Positions 1 to 10,621 of a stretch of 32,000 nt of DNA are shown piece after piece (positions within the stretch are counted from its first letter, which is position 1; every line of letters begins with the position of its first letter). A program made the translations under genes and the position numbers. Under the pieces are notes generated by a model. The model was not told the DNA's origin. It did no database searches and worked only from the letters and a program-made list of their open reading frames with translations. This DNA comes from Candidatus Arthromitus sp. SFB-rat-Yit (GTDB lineage Bacteria; Bacillota; Clostridia; Clostridiales; Clostridiaceae): positions 720,001 to 752,000 of the forward strand of contig NC_016012.1 of assembly GCF_000283555.1 (NCBI RefSeq), given 5' to 3'.

Positions 1-1667
1 CATCCATAGTTAAGTTTTTATCTAAATCATTATCCCTTGAAGAACCTCAAGAAGTTTCAAGCATCGTTAAAGAAGAATCAGATGAAGAATCTTTAAGAGA
101 AATTTGTGAAGAACCTCTTTATGAAGAAGATAAAGATATTCCAATTTATGAAGAAGATAAAGATATTCCAAAAAATAATGACAATAATAATGAACAAATT
201 ATATCTAACGATTTTAAAGAAAATAAAACTAACAATGAATACACTAGAATTAGTTATGACGATATTAATAATGCTTTAGAAGATATAGACACAGATGATT
301 CCTATGAAGTTTCTGAAGAACTTAAAAGAAAAAAGGAATTGCTTCAAAAAACATTGGATGATTTCAAGGTGAAGGCTGAAATTAAAAATGTACAAAAAGG
401 ACCAGCAGTAACTAGATATGAAATAGAGCCACATAAAGGTGTGAAAGTAAGCAAGATATTAAATTTATCAGATGATATAGCACTAGCACTTGCTACTAGT
501 GGAATAAGAATTGAAGCTCCAATCCCTGGGAAATCACTTGTTGGAATCGAGGTTCCAAATGATGTGGTTTCTATGATAAAATTTAAGGAGATTATAAATT
601 CTGAAGAATTTAATTCTTCTAAACTTAAAATTGGTATTGGACTTGGTAAAGACATAAGTGGCAAAAGTATTGTTGCAGATCTTGCTACTATGCCACACTT
701 GTTAATTGCTGGAGCTACTGGTTCGGGTAAATCAGTTTGCATAAATACAATTTTAATAAGTATATTGTGCGAATATCTTCCAGATCAAGTTAAAATTATA
801 CTTATTGACCCTAAGGTTGTTGAACTTAATGTTTATAATGGAATTCCTCATCTTTTGATACCAGTTGTGACAGATCCTAAAAAAGCATCTCATGCGTTAA
901 ATTGGGCAATAACTGAGATGACAAGCAGATATAATAAATTTGCTGAAAAAGGAGTTAGGAATATAGATAGTTACAATGAGTTGTATAACACAGGAGAAAT
1001 TGATGAGAAAATACCGTACATAGTTATTGTAATTGATGAGCTTGCTGACCTTATGATGGTTTGTCATAATGAGGTTGAAGATGCTATAGCAAGACTTGCA
1101 CAAATGGCTCGTGCTGCAGGAATGCATTTAGTAATAGCGACACAAAGACCTTCTGTTGACGTTATAACTGGAGTTATTAAAGCGAATATACCATCTAGAA
1201 TATCTTTTTCCGTTTCTAGTTCTGTAGATTCACGCACGATTTTGGATCAATCTGGAGCTGAAAAGTTATTGGGTCGTGGAGATATGTTATTTTATCCTAT
1301 GGGATACTTGAAACCTCAACGTGTACAAGGTGCATTTATTTCGGAATCTGAGGTTGAAAAATTTGTAGATAGTATAAAGAAAAATTACAAATCAAAAGTT
1401 GAATATAATGAAGAAATTATTGAACATATAAATAATGCTACTTCAAAAGTTGAGGTTGGAAATTTTAAAGGGGATGAGTTATTAGAAGAAGCTATAAAAA
1501 TAGTTGTACAATCTAATATTACAACTACTTCATTTCTTCAAAGGAGACTTAAGATTGGATATAATAGAGCGGCAAATTTAATAGAAGAAATTGAAGCTAG
1601 AGGCATTATTGGAATAGGTCCGTCTGGTAAAAAAGAGGTTTTAGTAAAAGAGGAAGATTTATTTTAA
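1..1667 (+). CDS. DNA translocase FtsK/SpoIIIE, 5'-truncated by window edge
   Basis: ORF track starts at an internal TTG (339), but the frame is open from base 3. Motifs [73 protein letters not shown] and a C-terminal gamma-like wHTH region ([23 protein letters not shown]). Confidence 0.95.
   Translation, partial: SIVKFLSKSLSLEEPQEVSSIVKEESDEESLREICEEPLYEEDKDIPIYEEDKDIPKNNDNNNEQIISNDFKENKTNNEYTRISYDDINNALEDIDTDDSYEVSEELKRKKELLQKTLDDFKVKAEIKNVQKGPAVTRYEIEPHKGVKVSKILNLSDDIALALATSGIRIEAPIPGKSLVGIEVPNDVVSMIKFKEIINSEEFNSSKLKIGIGLGKDISGKSIVADLATMPHLLIAGATGSGKSVCINTILISILCEYLPDQVKIILIDPKVVELNVYNGIPHLLIPVVTDPKKASHALNWAITEMTSRYNKFAEKGVRNIDSYNELYNTGEIDEKIPYIVIVIDELADLMMVCHNEVEDAIARLAQMARAAGMHLVIATQRPSVDVITGVIKANIPSRISFSVSSSVDSRTILDQSGAEKLLGRGDMLFYPMGYLKPQRVQGAFISESEVEKFVDSIKKNYKSKVEYNEEIIEHINNATSKVEVGNFKGDELLEEAIKIVVQSNITTTSFLQRRLKIGYNRAANLIEEIEARGIIGIGPSGKKEVLVKEEDLF
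118..171 (+). repeat. 2 x 27-bp perfect tandem repeat inside the FtsK/SpoIIIE linker (YEEDKDIP-type unit)
   Basis: tttatgaagaagataaagatattccaa occurs at 118-144 and 145-171 with no mismatch. Confidence 0.9.
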
Positions 1668-1695
1668 ATTATTTTTTGTGAGTGAGGAAACAAAA

Positions 1696-3012
1696 GTGAA
1701 AAAATTAAAATTAGGTGTTATAAGTCTTGGATGCGATAAAAATACGATCGACACAGAAATGTTTTTAGGAAGTTTGGTTGATAAATTTGAAATTACATTA
1801 AATGAGGAAGATGCAGATATTTTAATAATAAATACTTGTTCGTTTATTGAATCTGCAAAACAGGAATCTATTGATACCATACTTGATATTAGCAAGTATA
1901 AATCTAAAAATTTGAAGGTTCTTGTGGTTACTGGATGTTTATCAAAAAGATATGGAAAAGAACTTTTTGAAGATATTCCAGAGATAGATATACTCCTCGG
2001 AGTTATGAATTATGATAATATACTTAAGTACATAGAAGATTTTATTAAAACGGGCAATAGAATCATTGATAATGAAAATAAAGAAAATACAATATTTGAA
2101 GCAAATAGAATTTTAACAACTCCTAAGCATTATGCATATTTGAAAATTTCTGAAGGATGCAATAATAATTGTACTTTTTGTATAATTCCTAAAATTAGAG
2201 GGCGTCATGTGAGTAGAAGTATTGAAAGTTTGGTAAATGAAGGTAAACTTCTTGCGACTCAGGGAATTAAAGAACTTATATTGATAGCTCAAGATATAAC
2301 AAAATATGGTCTTGATTTATACGGGGAAAAAAGACTTATACAACTTATTCGTGAATTGTCTAAGATAGATGGGATCAAATGGATAAGACTCCACTATGCT
2401 TATCCAGAAGATATAGATGATAATTTAATAGAGGAATTAAAAATAAATTCTAAACTTTGCAAATATATTGACATTCCACTACAACATGTTAGCGATAAAA
2501 TTCTAAAAAAAATGGCGAGGCATACGAGAAAAGATAAAATTTATAAACTTATAGAAAAATTGAGAGAAGTTCCTGATCTTGTTATAAGAACTTCTTTAAT
2601 AGTAGGCTTTCCAGGAGAAACACAAGAAGACTTTGAAATGCTTGAAGAGTTTATAAAACAAAAGAACATAGACAATATTGGCGTATTTACATATTCGCAA
2701 GAGGAAGATACTGTTGCAGCAACATTTGATGATCAAATTGATGAAGATATTAAAATTAAAAGACGTGATACAATTATGAGAATTCAGCAAAAAAATTCAA
2801 AAGAACTGCTTGAGAAAAAAATAGGAAAGAAATTTGAGGCTGTTGTTGATTCTAAAAATGATGATTATTACATTGGGCGACTAAATTTTCAAAGTCCTGG
2901 AATTGATGGTATAATTTACATAAAATCTAGTCATAATCTAAATATAGGAGAATTTGTTAATGTTAAAATCGTGTCTTGTATGGAGTATGACTTTATAGGA
3001 GAGGTTATTTAA
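1696..3012 (+). CDS. rimO: Ribosomal protein S12 methylthiotransferase RimO
   Basis: ORF 1678..3012; ISLGCDKNTIDTEMFLG, radical-SAM motif CNNNCTFCIIPKIRGRHVSR, C-terminal TRAM-like region. A GTG at 1696 preceded by GTGAGGAAACAAAA looks like a better start than 1678. Confidence 0.93.
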   Translation: MKKLKLGVISLGCDKNTIDTEMFLGSLVDKFEITLNEEDADILIINTCSFIESAKQESIDTILDISKYKSKNLKVLVVTGCLSKRYGKELFEDIPEIDILLGVMNYDNILKYIEDFIKTGNRIIDNENKENTIFEANRILTTPKHYAYLKISEGCNNNCTFCIIPKIRGRHVSRSIESLVNEGKLLATQGIKELILIAQDITKYGLDLYGEKRLIQLIRELSKIDGIKWIRLHYAYPEDIDDNLIEELKINSKLCKYIDIPLQHVSDKILKKMARHTRKDKIYKLIEKLREVPDLVIRTSLIVGFPGETQEDFEMLEEFIKQKNIDNIGVFTYSQEEDTVAATFDDQIDEDIKIKRRDTIMRIQQKNSKELLEKKIGKKFEAVVDSKNDDYYIGRLNFQSPGIDGIIYIKSSHNLNIGEFVNVKIVSCMEYDFIGEVI

Positions 3013-3581
3013 TGAATTTACCTAACAAATTAACTGTATTAAGGGTGTTAATGATACCTGTCTTTTTAATATTATTGAATTTAAATTCTAAGATAGGTGT
3101 TTTAGGAGCATTAATTATTTTTATATTGGCATCTATTACTGATCAATTAGATGGTTATATTGCAAGAAAATATAATTTAATTACTGATTTTGGGAAGTTT
3201 ATGGATCCTTTAGCAGATAAATTATTAGTAGTAGCAGCTTTCATTTCATTTGTGGATTTGAAGATGGTGGAACCTATATTAGTTATAGTTATAATTTCAA
3301 GAGAATTTATAATTACGGGGATAAGACTTGTATTATCGACTAAAAGTGGGGAAGTTGTGGCAGCTAATATTTATGGAAAACTAAAAACTGTTTTTCAAAT
3401 TTTGGCAATAATATTTCTTTTGATAGAACTATATCTTATTAATTTTGTTAGTGGTTCATCTTTTATAAATATAGTACAGGTAATTGCAGATGCAACATTT
3501 TATTTGTGTGTAATTTTAACTGTTTTATCTGGATGGGATTATATTAGAAAAAATATTAAAGTATTAAAGGAGAGTCTGTAA
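3012..3581 (+). CDS. pgsA: CDP-diacylglycerol--glycerol-3-phosphate 3-phosphatidyltransferase
   Basis: CDP-alcohol phosphatidyltransferase motif DQLDGYIARKYNLITDFGKFMDPLADK; overlaps the rimO stop. Confidence 0.93.
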   Translation: MNLPNKLTVLRVLMIPVFLILLNLNSKIGVLGALIIFILASITDQLDGYIARKYNLITDFGKFMDPLADKLLVVAAFISFVDLKMVEPILVIVIISREFIITGIRLVLSTKSGEVVAANIYGKLKTVFQILAIIFLLIELYLINFVSGSSFINIVQVIADATFYLCVILTVLSGWDYIRKNIKVLKESL

Positions 3582-3584
3582 ATA

Positions 3585-4655
3585 ATGTCTATTGATTTAG
3601 ATAAAATGAAAGCCATTGAAATTGCTATGAGTCAAATTGAAAAACAGTATGGAAAAGGATCGATAATGAAGCTTGGTGAGCAAAGTGCTTTAAATATTGA
3701 AAGTGTATCTACTGGTTGTTTAGATTTAGATATTGCACTAGGTATAGGTGGATTGCCTAAAGGAAGAATTATTGAAGTTTATGGACCTGAGTCATCTGGT
3801 AAAACTACAGTTGCTTTGCATGTTATTGCAGAAGCTCAGAAAAAAGGTGGAGCTGCAGCATTTATTGATGCTGAGCATGCTTTAGATCCATCGTATGCAA
3901 AAAATTTAGGGGTAGATACTGAAAACTTAATAATTTCTCAGCCAGATAATGGTGAGCAAGCACTTGAAATTGCAGAGGCATTAGTAAGATCGGGAGCTAT
4001 TGATGTTATTGTAATTGATTCTGTTGCAGCACTTGTTCCTAGAGCTGAGATAGAGGGAGAGATGGGGGATTCGCATGTTGGACTTCAAGCTAGACTTATG
4101 TCACAAGCTCTAAGAAAACTTGCGGGACATATAAATAAATCTAAATGCGTGGCGATATTTATAAATCAATTAAGGGAAAAAGTTGGGGTTATGTTTGGTA
4201 ATCCTGAAACCACTCCTGGAGGAAGAGCATTAAAATTTTATGCATCTGTCAGACTAGATGTTAGGAGAATTGATTCAATAAAACAAGGTGATGAAATTGT
4301 AGGTAACAGAACAAGAGTTAAAATAATGAAAAATAAGGTTGCTCCGCCTTTTAGAATTTCGGAATTTGATATTATATATAATAAAGGCATATCTAAAGAA
4401 GGAAGCTTATTAGATCTTGCTGTTAAAGAAAATATAATTCAAAAAAGTGGATCATGGTTCTCTTATAAAAATGAAAAATTGGGACAAGGAAGAGAAAATG
4501 CTAAACAGTTTTTATTGGAAAACAAAGCTATATTGCGAGAAATAGAAACGTTAATTTTAGAAAAATACAATATAGCAAAATCTGATAACTCGGATGAAAT
4601 AAAAGATATTGATAAGAAAGAAACAAGTGTAAATAGTGACAATGCAACGGTTTAA
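3585..4655 (+). CDS. recA: Recombinase RecA
   Basis: [67 protein letters not shown]. Confidence 0.98.
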   Translation: MSIDLDKMKAIEIAMSQIEKQYGKGSIMKLGEQSALNIESVSTGCLDLDIALGIGGLPKGRIIEVYGPESSGKTTVALHVIAEAQKKGGAAAFIDAEHALDPSYAKNLGVDTENLIISQPDNGEQALEIAEALVRSGAIDVIVIDSVAALVPRAEIEGEMGDSHVGLQARLMSQALRKLAGHINKSKCVAIFINQLREKVGVMFGNPETTPGGRALKFYASVRLDVRRIDSIKQGDEIVGNRTRVKIMKNKVAPPFRISEFDIIYNKGISKEGSLLDLAVKENIIQKSGSWFSYKNEKLGQGRENAKQFLLENKAILREIETLILEKYNIAKSDNSDEIKDIDKKETSVNSDNATV

Positions 4656-4693
4656 AAAATGTTATTATTTGTGTTAATAGCTTTTAGTTATAA

Positions 4694-4722
4694 TTGACAT
4701 TAAATAAAAATTAATATAAAAT
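4694..4722 (+). promoter_or_regulatory. Candidate sigma-A promoter for rny
   Basis: TTGACA (4694-4699), 17-nt spacer, TAAAAT (4717-4722), upstream of the RNase Y start. Confidence 0.55.
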
Positions 4723-4834
4723 TATCTATGATACTGGTTACTAAAAGTTTTAAATGTTTTCAGTAAGAATAAAATATGGCACCAACACGCTTTTGATAAA
4801 TAAATTTTTAAGAGCAAGGGGGTGTTATAGAACT

Positions 4835-6406
4835 ATGTATATAGAAATTTTTAATATAGTTTTTTCTGCTGTAAATATATTTTTAATTATATTTATGGCG
4901 GTTATGATAATCTCAATGAAAAAACGTTTAAAAGAACGTTATGATGCTTCTATACTTAAGATTAAGAAGGAAGAAGAAGAAAGAAAGAATTTGTTTGAAA
5001 ATACTAAGAAAGAAGCTGAGGCATTAAAGAAAGAGTTATTAATTGAAGCTAAGGAAGATGCACATAAGTTAAGAATGGAAGTTGAAAAAGAGTCTAGAGA
5101 AAGAAGAAGTGAAATACAGAGATTAGAGAGAAGAGTCTTACAAAGAGAAGAATCTCTGGACAAAAAGAGTGATGTTCTAGAAAAGAAAGAAAAGGAATTG
5201 AACGTACGTGCATCTGAGGTTGATAAACTTGAAAAGGGTATAAAAGAAATTGATATAAAGAAAAGACAGGAATTAGAAATAATTTCTAATATGAGCTCAG
5301 AAGAAGCTAAAACTTTTTTACTTAATGAAGTTAAGAAAGAAATAACTTATGAATCAGCGATCTTAATAAAAGAGTTTGAAACAAAAGTGAAGGAAGAAAG
5401 TGAAAATAAGGCTAAAGAAATAATAACAGGAGCGATTCAAAGATATGCAGCAGATCATGTTTCTGAATCTACTGTTCATGTGGTTGCACTGCCTAACGAT
5501 GAAATGAAAGGTAGGATCATAGGAAGAGAAGGTAGGAATATAAGAACCTTGGAGATGTTAACTGGTGTTGATTTGATTATAGATGATACTCCGGAGGCTG
5601 TGGTTTTATCAAGTTTTGACCCTGTTAGAAGAGAAATTGCAAAAATAGCTTTAGAAAGATTAGTGTTAGATGGAAGGATTCATCCTACCAAAATTGAAGA
5701 AATGGTTGAAAGAGCAAAAAGAGATATAGAAAATGAGATCAAAGAAACAGGCGAGCAAGCATTATTTGAGACAGGTATTAACGGAGTACATACGGAGATA
5801 GTTAAGCTGTTAGGTAAATTGAAATTTAGAACTAGTTATGGGCAGAATGTACTTAAACATTCTATAGAGGTTGCGTATTTAGCAGGTACTATGGCTTCGG
5901 AACTTGGTTTGGATGCTGGAGTTGCAAAAAGAGCTGGATTACTTCATGATATAGGCAAAGCCTTAGATCATGAGATAGAAGGTCCTCATGCTTTGATTGG
6001 ATACGAGTTTGCTAAACGTTATAATGAGTGTGATGCTGTTGCTGAAGCGATTGGAGCTCATCATGAAGATATACCTATGACTAGATTAGAATCTATTTTG
6101 GTGCAAGCTTCTGATGCTATATCAGCAGCACGTCCTGGAGCAAGGAGAGAAACCTTGCATGCGTATATAAAAAGGTTGAATCAATTGGAATCTATAGCTA
6201 ATTCATATGAAGGCGTGGAGAAGTCTTATGTTATTCAAGCTGGAAGAGAAATAAGGATAATAGTTAAACCAGATATTATCGATGATTTAAATGCTAATTG
6301 TATGGCTAGGGATATAGTTAAAAGAATAGAAAGAGAATTAGAGTTTCCTGGACAAATTAAGATAAATGTTATAAGGGAAACAAGAGCAATTGAATTTGCA
6401 AAGTAA
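4835..6406 (+). CDS. rny: Ribonuclease Y
   Basis: N-terminal TM plus coiled coil, KH domain ([40 protein letters not shown]), HD domain ([17 protein letters not shown]...[15 protein letters not shown]). ORF track starts at 4754, but ATG 4835 after AAGGGGGTG is the likely start ([10 protein letters not shown]). Confidence 0.95.
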   Translation: MYIEIFNIVFSAVNIFLIIFMAVMIISMKKRLKERYDASILKIKKEEEERKNLFENTKKEAEALKKELLIEAKEDAHKLRMEVEKESRERRSEIQRLERRVLQREESLDKKSDVLEKKEKELNVRASEVDKLEKGIKEIDIKKRQELEIISNMSSEEAKTFLLNEVKKEITYESAILIKEFETKVKEESENKAKEIITGAIQRYAADHVSESTVHVVALPNDEMKGRIIGREGRNIRTLEMLTGVDLIIDDTPEAVVLSSFDPVRREIAKIALERLVLDGRIHPTKIEEMVERAKRDIENEIKETGEQALFETGINGVHTEIVKLLGKLKFRTSYGQNVLKHSIEVAYLAGTMASELGLDAGVAKRAGLLHDIGKALDHEIEGPHALIGYEFAKRYNECDAVAEAIGAHHEDIPMTRLESILVQASDAISAARPGARRETLHAYIKRLNQLESIANSYEGVEKSYVIQAGREIRIIVKPDIIDDLNANCMARDIVKRIERELEFPGQIKINVIRETRAIEFAK

Positions 6407-6543
6407 AAGTGATTTTGGTGTACAAATTGAATTAAATTTGATAATGTTCTATTCTCTGGTTAGAATAGTTTATTATATATTTTATTTTAATGAATTTTTA
6501 TATGTGATGTAGTTTTTTTAGATTAATTATAGGGGGCCTAAAT

Positions 6544-6804
6544 ATGGAAGTGTTAAAAGTTTCTACAAAATCAAATCCAAATTCAGTAGCAGGTGCATTA
6601 GCGGCAATTTTAAAAGAAAAGTCTTTAGTAGAAATTCAAGCAATCGGAGCTGGGGCTATAAATCAAGCTATTAAATCTGTAGCTATTGCCAGAGGTTTTG
6701 TTGCTCCTAGTGGTAAGGATATAGTTTGTATACCTGCTTTTACGGATATACAAATTGATGGAGAAGAGAGGACGGCTATTAAATTAATAGTTCAACCTAG
6801 ATAA
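6544..6804 (+). CDS. spoVS: Stage V sporulation protein S
   Basis: 86 aa MEVLKVSTKSNPNSVAGALAAILKEKSLVEIQAIGAGAINQAIKSVAIARGF, typical SpoVS/Alba-like protein. Confidence 0.95.
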   Translation: MEVLKVSTKSNPNSVAGALAAILKEKSLVEIQAIGAGAINQAIKSVAIARGFVAPSGKDIVCIPAFTDIQIDGEERTAIKLIVQPR

Positions 6805-6896
6805 TTTAAATTGATAATAGCTTTTTCTCGAGAATTATGAGATGATTTTTGTTTTGTATAAGATAAATTTTATAAATATATAAAGGAGAGTTTAAA

Positions 6897-7157
6897 ATGG
6901 AATCAATTAAAGTTAAAATTTCAAATAATACTGGTTTACATGCTAGACCCGCAACATTATTGGTTAAGAAAGCATCTTCGTTTGCATGTGATGTGAGTGT
7001 TGAAGCTAATGGTAAAAAAGTTAACGCTAAAAGTCTTATTGGAATTTTATCTTTAGGAGCTACTAAAGATACAGAAGTGACTATTATAACTTCAGGTAAA
7101 GATGAAGTTGAAGCTGCTAAAGAGTTAGCTAAGCTAATTGAAACATTAGAAGATTAA
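6897..7157 (+). CDS. ptsH: HPr family phosphocarrier protein
   Basis: TGLHARPATLLVKKAS with active-site His, KSLIGILSLGATKDTEVTI; RBS AAAGGAGAG. Confidence 0.92.
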   Translation: MESIKVKISNNTGLHARPATLLVKKASSFACDVSVEANGKKVNAKSLIGILSLGATKDTEVTIITSGKDEVEAAKELAKLIETLED

Positions 7158-7180
7158 TTTGAGTTTTATATTTAATATAA

Positions 7181-7351
7181 ATAGAAAGTAAGAAGGGAAT
7201 ACTTCTTACTTTCTTATTGTTAGGAGTATGGGAACATAATATAGCTTCAATAAAATTTTATGAAAATCTAGGATTTGAAAAATTTGATGTACATATTTTT
7301 AAATTAGGTAATGACAAACAAATAGACTATTTAATGAAATTAATTTTATAA
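7181..7351 (+). pseudogene. Degraded C-terminal fragment of a GNAT-family N-acetyltransferase
   Basis: Open frame ...LGVWEHNIASIKFYENLGFEKFDVHIFKLGNDKQIDYLMKLIL*. It resembles the GNAT motif B/C-terminal signature (N..A..FYE.LGF), with no N-terminal domain upstream. Confidence 0.6.
7183..7214 (+). terminator. Inverted repeat/terminator-like hairpin downstream of ptsH
   Basis: AGAAAGTAAGAAG (7183-7195) / CTTCTTACTTTCT (7202-7214), 13-bp perfect stem, 6-nt loop. Confidence 0.6.
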
Positions 7352-7352
7352 G

Positions 7353-7388
7353 ATCAACTTCGCAAAATATAAATTTTGCGAAGTTGAT
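7353..7388 (+). terminator. 16-bp perfect stem hairpin (terminator or other IR)
   Basis: ATCAACTTCGCAAAAT (7353-7368) / ATTTTGCGAAGTTGAT (7373-7388), 4-nt loop. No strong T-run follows. Confidence 0.5.
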
Positions 7389-7441
7389 AATAAGTTAAGT
7401 TGAATTAATATATTCTCGTTTTAAAAAGGGTGATTAATTAA

Positions 7442-8386
7442 ATGGAAAATAAAGAGTGCTCTATTATAATATCTGATTTTTTGGATTATTTGTCTGGTAT
7501 TAAAGGGGCATCCGAAAAAACGATAAAAGAGTATCGTATAGATCTGATTGGTTTTTTTAATTTTATTATAAAAAAAAGAATGAATTTAAAAATTCGACAT
7601 CAGGAAATGGATTTAGAGACCCTTAAAAAAGTTTCAATAAGTGATATGTATGCTTATGTAAGATATATCGATAAAGAGCGTTTAAACGCTCATAATGCAC
7701 GTGCCCGAAAAATTTCTTCGTTAAGAACATTTTATACTTATCTTACAGACAAAATTAAGGTTATTGATAAAAATATTGCTTCTGAATTAGAAACTCCAAA
7801 AATTCCTAAGCGTAATCCTATTTATCTTGATCTTGAAGAATCGAAAAAAGTTTTATCTACCTTAGAACCTGATAAAAAGTTTTATACTCGTGATTATTGT
7901 ATTATTTCTATGTTTTTGAATTGTGCTTTAAGATTGTCAGAACTCGTTTCTATTAATATCGAAGATATAGATTGGGTAAATAATTCTTTATCTATTATAG
8001 GTAAGGGTAATAAAGAAAGAATAATTTATTTAAATGAAATGGTTTTGAATTCTATAAAGAATTATTTGAAAGATCGTAATAAATATCGAATTAAAGAAAG
8101 TTTTAAAAATGCATTATTTATAAGCTCTGTTGGTCAAAGGATTAGCAATAGAGCTGTAGAAGAAATGGTTAAGAAACATGTGAAAAATTCTAGCATTGAT
8201 AAGAAGATTACTCCTCATAAGTTAAGGCATACTTCGGCTACTCTAATGTTTAAGTATGGAAAGGTTGATATACGAACGCTTCAAAAAGTTTTAGGTCATG
8301 AAAATATTTCCACAACGCAAATATATACGCACGTTGATGATGAAGGAATCAAAAATGCTTTTAACTCTAATCCCCTTAATTTATGA
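7442..8386 (+). CDS. Tyrosine recombinase, XerC/XerD family
   Basis: SAM-like N-terminal domain; catalytic features NCALRLSELVSINIEDI, HKLRHTSATLMFKYG, LGHENISTTQIYTHVDDEGI. Confidence 0.9.
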   Translation: MENKECSIIISDFLDYLSGIKGASEKTIKEYRIDLIGFFNFIIKKRMNLKIRHQEMDLETLKKVSISDMYAYVRYIDKERLNAHNARARKISSLRTFYTYLTDKIKVIDKNIASELETPKIPKRNPIYLDLEESKKVLSTLEPDKKFYTRDYCIISMFLNCALRLSELVSINIEDIDWVNNSLSIIGKGNKERIIYLNEMVLNSIKNYLKDRNKYRIKESFKNALFISSVGQRISNRAVEEMVKKHVKNSSIDKKITPHKLRHTSATLMFKYGKVDIRTLQKVLGHENISTTQIYTHVDDEGIKNAFNSNPLNL

Positions 8387-8397
8387 TTAAATAGTAC

Positions 8398-8431
8398 AAA
8401 AACTAACCCTTTTATCTTTGGGTTAGTTTTT
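8398..8431. terminator. Bidirectional terminator between convergent genes
   Basis: AAAAACTAACCC (8398-8409) / GGGTTAGTTTTT (8420-8431), A-run and T-run on the two flanks; overlaps the 3' end of the minus-strand CDS. Confidence 0.8.
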
Positions 8432-9683
8432 TAATACTATTTAGAATAGCTAATTGTCCATGCTCAAAAGTTAATGATCCTTGCAAGTAAGCTACATATG
8501 GTTCTCTTATTGGAGCATCACATGATAATTCGATTGATGCTCCAGATACGAATGTTCCTGCTGCCATTATTACTTGATCATTGTATCCTGGCATATCCCA
8601 AGGTTCGCATTCTAAGAAAGAATCCACTGGTGAATTTTTTTGTATCTCTTTACAAAAGTTGATTAGTTCATCTGATGTATTGAATTTGATTGCTTGAATT
8701 ATGTCACTACGTTTTACATCATATTTTGGATATACATCATAACCTAGATTTTCAAAAATTCTTGAACTAAAGATGGCTGTTTTCATTGCTTCTACCACAA
8801 TATGCGGAGCAATAAACAATCCTTGAAATACTTGTCTTAAATCTGTAAGACTCGCTCCACATTCTGCCCCTATACCAGGAACTGTTAATCTATACGCAGC
8901 ATTTTTGATTAAATCAGTATCCCCTACTATGTATCCTCCAGTTGGAGATAATCCCCCTCCAATATTTTTAATTAAAGAGCCAGCCATTAAGTTTACGCCA
9001 ACATCTGTAGGTTCTATTATATCAGTAAATTCACCGTAGCAATTATCAACAAAAATACATAAATTTTTATCTACGCTTTTTATAATTTTTACTATATCTT
9101 TTATGTCATTAGATAAAAGGGATTTTCTGAGAGAATATCCTCTAGATCTTTGAATGTAAATCATTTTTATGTTTTTATTATTATTGAGAATTTTTACAAT
9201 GTTCTCTGTATCAAAATTACCATCATCTTTTAAATTACATTCAAGATAAGATACTCCAAGATTTCTTAGACTACCCTTTTGTTCGTTTTCATAATTTAAA
9301 CCAATTATATTTCTTATTGTGTCATATGGTTGACCGGTTATTGAGAATAAAATATCTCCTTTTGATAAATTTCCTAAAAGAGCACAACCAATCGCATGAG
9401 TCCCATTAACAAATTGAAGTCTGACTAAGGCACTTTGTGTTCCGAAAATATCTTTGTATAAATTTTCAATGCCTTCTCTACCTAAATCTGTATAGGCATA
9501 ACCACTTGTTGTTTTAAAATGTGAATCAGATATCTTATTGTCCTTAAATGCTTTTAAAACTTTATATTTATTCTGTAATTTTACTTGATTTAATCCTTCA
9601 AATATATGTTTTACGTCATTTAGGCTTTCAGTGTATAAATTTTCAATATAATCTCCGAATAAATTTTTAATAAAACTGCTCAT
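8412..9683 (-). CDS. PLP-dependent methionine gamma-lyase/cystathionine beta-lyase family protein (YnbB, 'aluminium resistance')
   Basis: YAYTDLGREGIENLYKDIFGTQSALVRLQFVNGTHAI, GGGLSPTGGYIVG, C-terminal GSLTFEHGQLAI; position next to miaA is typical of Firmicutes. Confidence 0.85.
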   Translation of the reverse strand: MSSFIKNLFGDYIENLYTESLNDVKHIFEGLNQVKLQNKYKVLKAFKDNKISDSHFKTTSGYAYTDLGREGIENLYKDIFGTQSALVRLQFVNGTHAIGCALLGNLSKGDILFSITGQPYDTIRNIIGLNYENEQKGSLRNLGVSYLECNLKDDGNFDTENIVKILNNNKNIKMIYIQRSRGYSLRKSLLSNDIKDIVKIIKSVDKNLCIFVDNCYGEFTDIIEPTDVGVNLMAGSLIKNIGGGLSPTGGYIVGDTDLIKNAAYRLTVPGIGAECGASLTDLRQVFQGLFIAPHIVVEAMKTAIFSSRIFENLGYDVYPKYDVKRSDIIQAIKFNTSDELINFCKEIQKNSPVDSFLECEPWDMPGYNDQVIMAAGTFVSGASIELSCDAPIREPYVAYLQGSLTFEHGQLAILNSIKKLTQR

Positions 9684-9695
9684 AAATTTTTAGTG

Positions 9696-10616
9696 TTAAC
9701 TCCTATTAAAATCATTAAGTATAAATTCTAAAATTTCACTTTCATTCATTTCATCTCTAGAAATAAATATATTACCCTCTTCTTTTCTAAACCAAGTCAT
9801 TTGACGTTTCGCATAGTTTCTTGAGCCTTGCTTTATTTTTTCAATTGCTTCATCATAAGTTGTAATATTATCTAAATAATCTAAAATTTCTTTATATCCA
9901 ATTCCTTGCATCGATTGAAGATCTTTTGTGTAACCAAGTTTTTTCAAATATATCACTTCATTTAAAAGACCATTTTCAATCATTGCATCAACTCTATTAT
10001 TAATATTTTCATATAAGCGATCTTTGTTTAACGTTAAAGTGTAATATTTGTAATTAAAAATAGGAATATTTTTTTGCTTAAATGAGCTAAAAGGCTTGTT
10101 AGTTAAATGATATACCTCTAAAGCTCTTACTACTCTTTTTACATTATTGTAATGGATTTTATTGTAACTTTCCAAATCGATATCTTTCAAAAGATTATGT
10201 AAATATTTATTCCCATTATTTTTAGCCAAGTTATATAAATGATTTCTATATTCTTTGTCCTCGCCTGATTCACAAAAGCTTTGATCAAAAATAAGAGAAC
10301 GTATATATAAACCTGTTCCACCAACAATAATGGGTAAATTTCCTCTGTTTGTTATATCTTTAATTGCATTTTTTGCAAGCGTTGAGTATAATGATACGTT
10401 AAAAATTTCATCAGGTTCGCAAATATCAATTAAATGATGAGTTATTCCATCCATTTCATGACTTGATATCTTGGCAGAACCAATATCCATATGCTTATAT
10501 ATCTGCATTGAATCAGCAGAAATTATTTCTCCATTTAAATTTTTTGCTAGTTTAATCGATAAACTAGTTTTACCAACACCAGTTGGACCTGATAATATTA
10601 AAATTTTTTCCTTCAT
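9696..10616 (-). CDS. miaA: tRNA dimethylallyltransferase MiaA
   Basis: ILSGPTGVGKTSLSIKLAKNLNGEIISADSMQIYKHMDIGSAK, HHLIDICEPDE, VGGTGLYIRSL. Confidence 0.95.
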   Translation of the reverse strand: MKEKILILSGPTGVGKTSLSIKLAKNLNGEIISADSMQIYKHMDIGSAKISSHEMDGITHHLIDICEPDEIFNVSLYSTLAKNAIKDITNRGNLPIIVGGTGLYIRSLIFDQSFCESGEDKEYRNHLYNLAKNNGNKYLHNLLKDIDLESYNKIHYNNVKRVVRALEVYHLTNKPFSSFKQKNIPIFNYKYYTLTLNKDRLYENINNRVDAMIENGLLNEVIYLKKLGYTKDLQSMQGIGYKEILDYLDNITTYDEAIEKIKQGSRNYAKRQMTWFRKEEGNIFISRDEMNESEILEFILNDFNRS

Positions 10617-10621
10617 ATCCT

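Noticed and set aside
344-742. Minus-strand ORF of 132 aa
   Set aside because: Lies antisense inside the well-supported FtsK/SpoIIIE coding region; no motif.
7353-7388. 16-bp perfect inverted repeat as a Xer/dif-like recombination site
   Set aside because: The arms and the 4-bp spacer do not resemble dif architecture (11-bp arms, about 6-bp centre, conserved core); more like a stable hairpin or terminator.
7442-8386. Tyrosine recombinase as integrase of a mobile element
   Set aside because: No cargo, att-like direct repeats, tRNA target or phage genes adjacent; sequence and context fit a chromosomal Xer-type recombinase.
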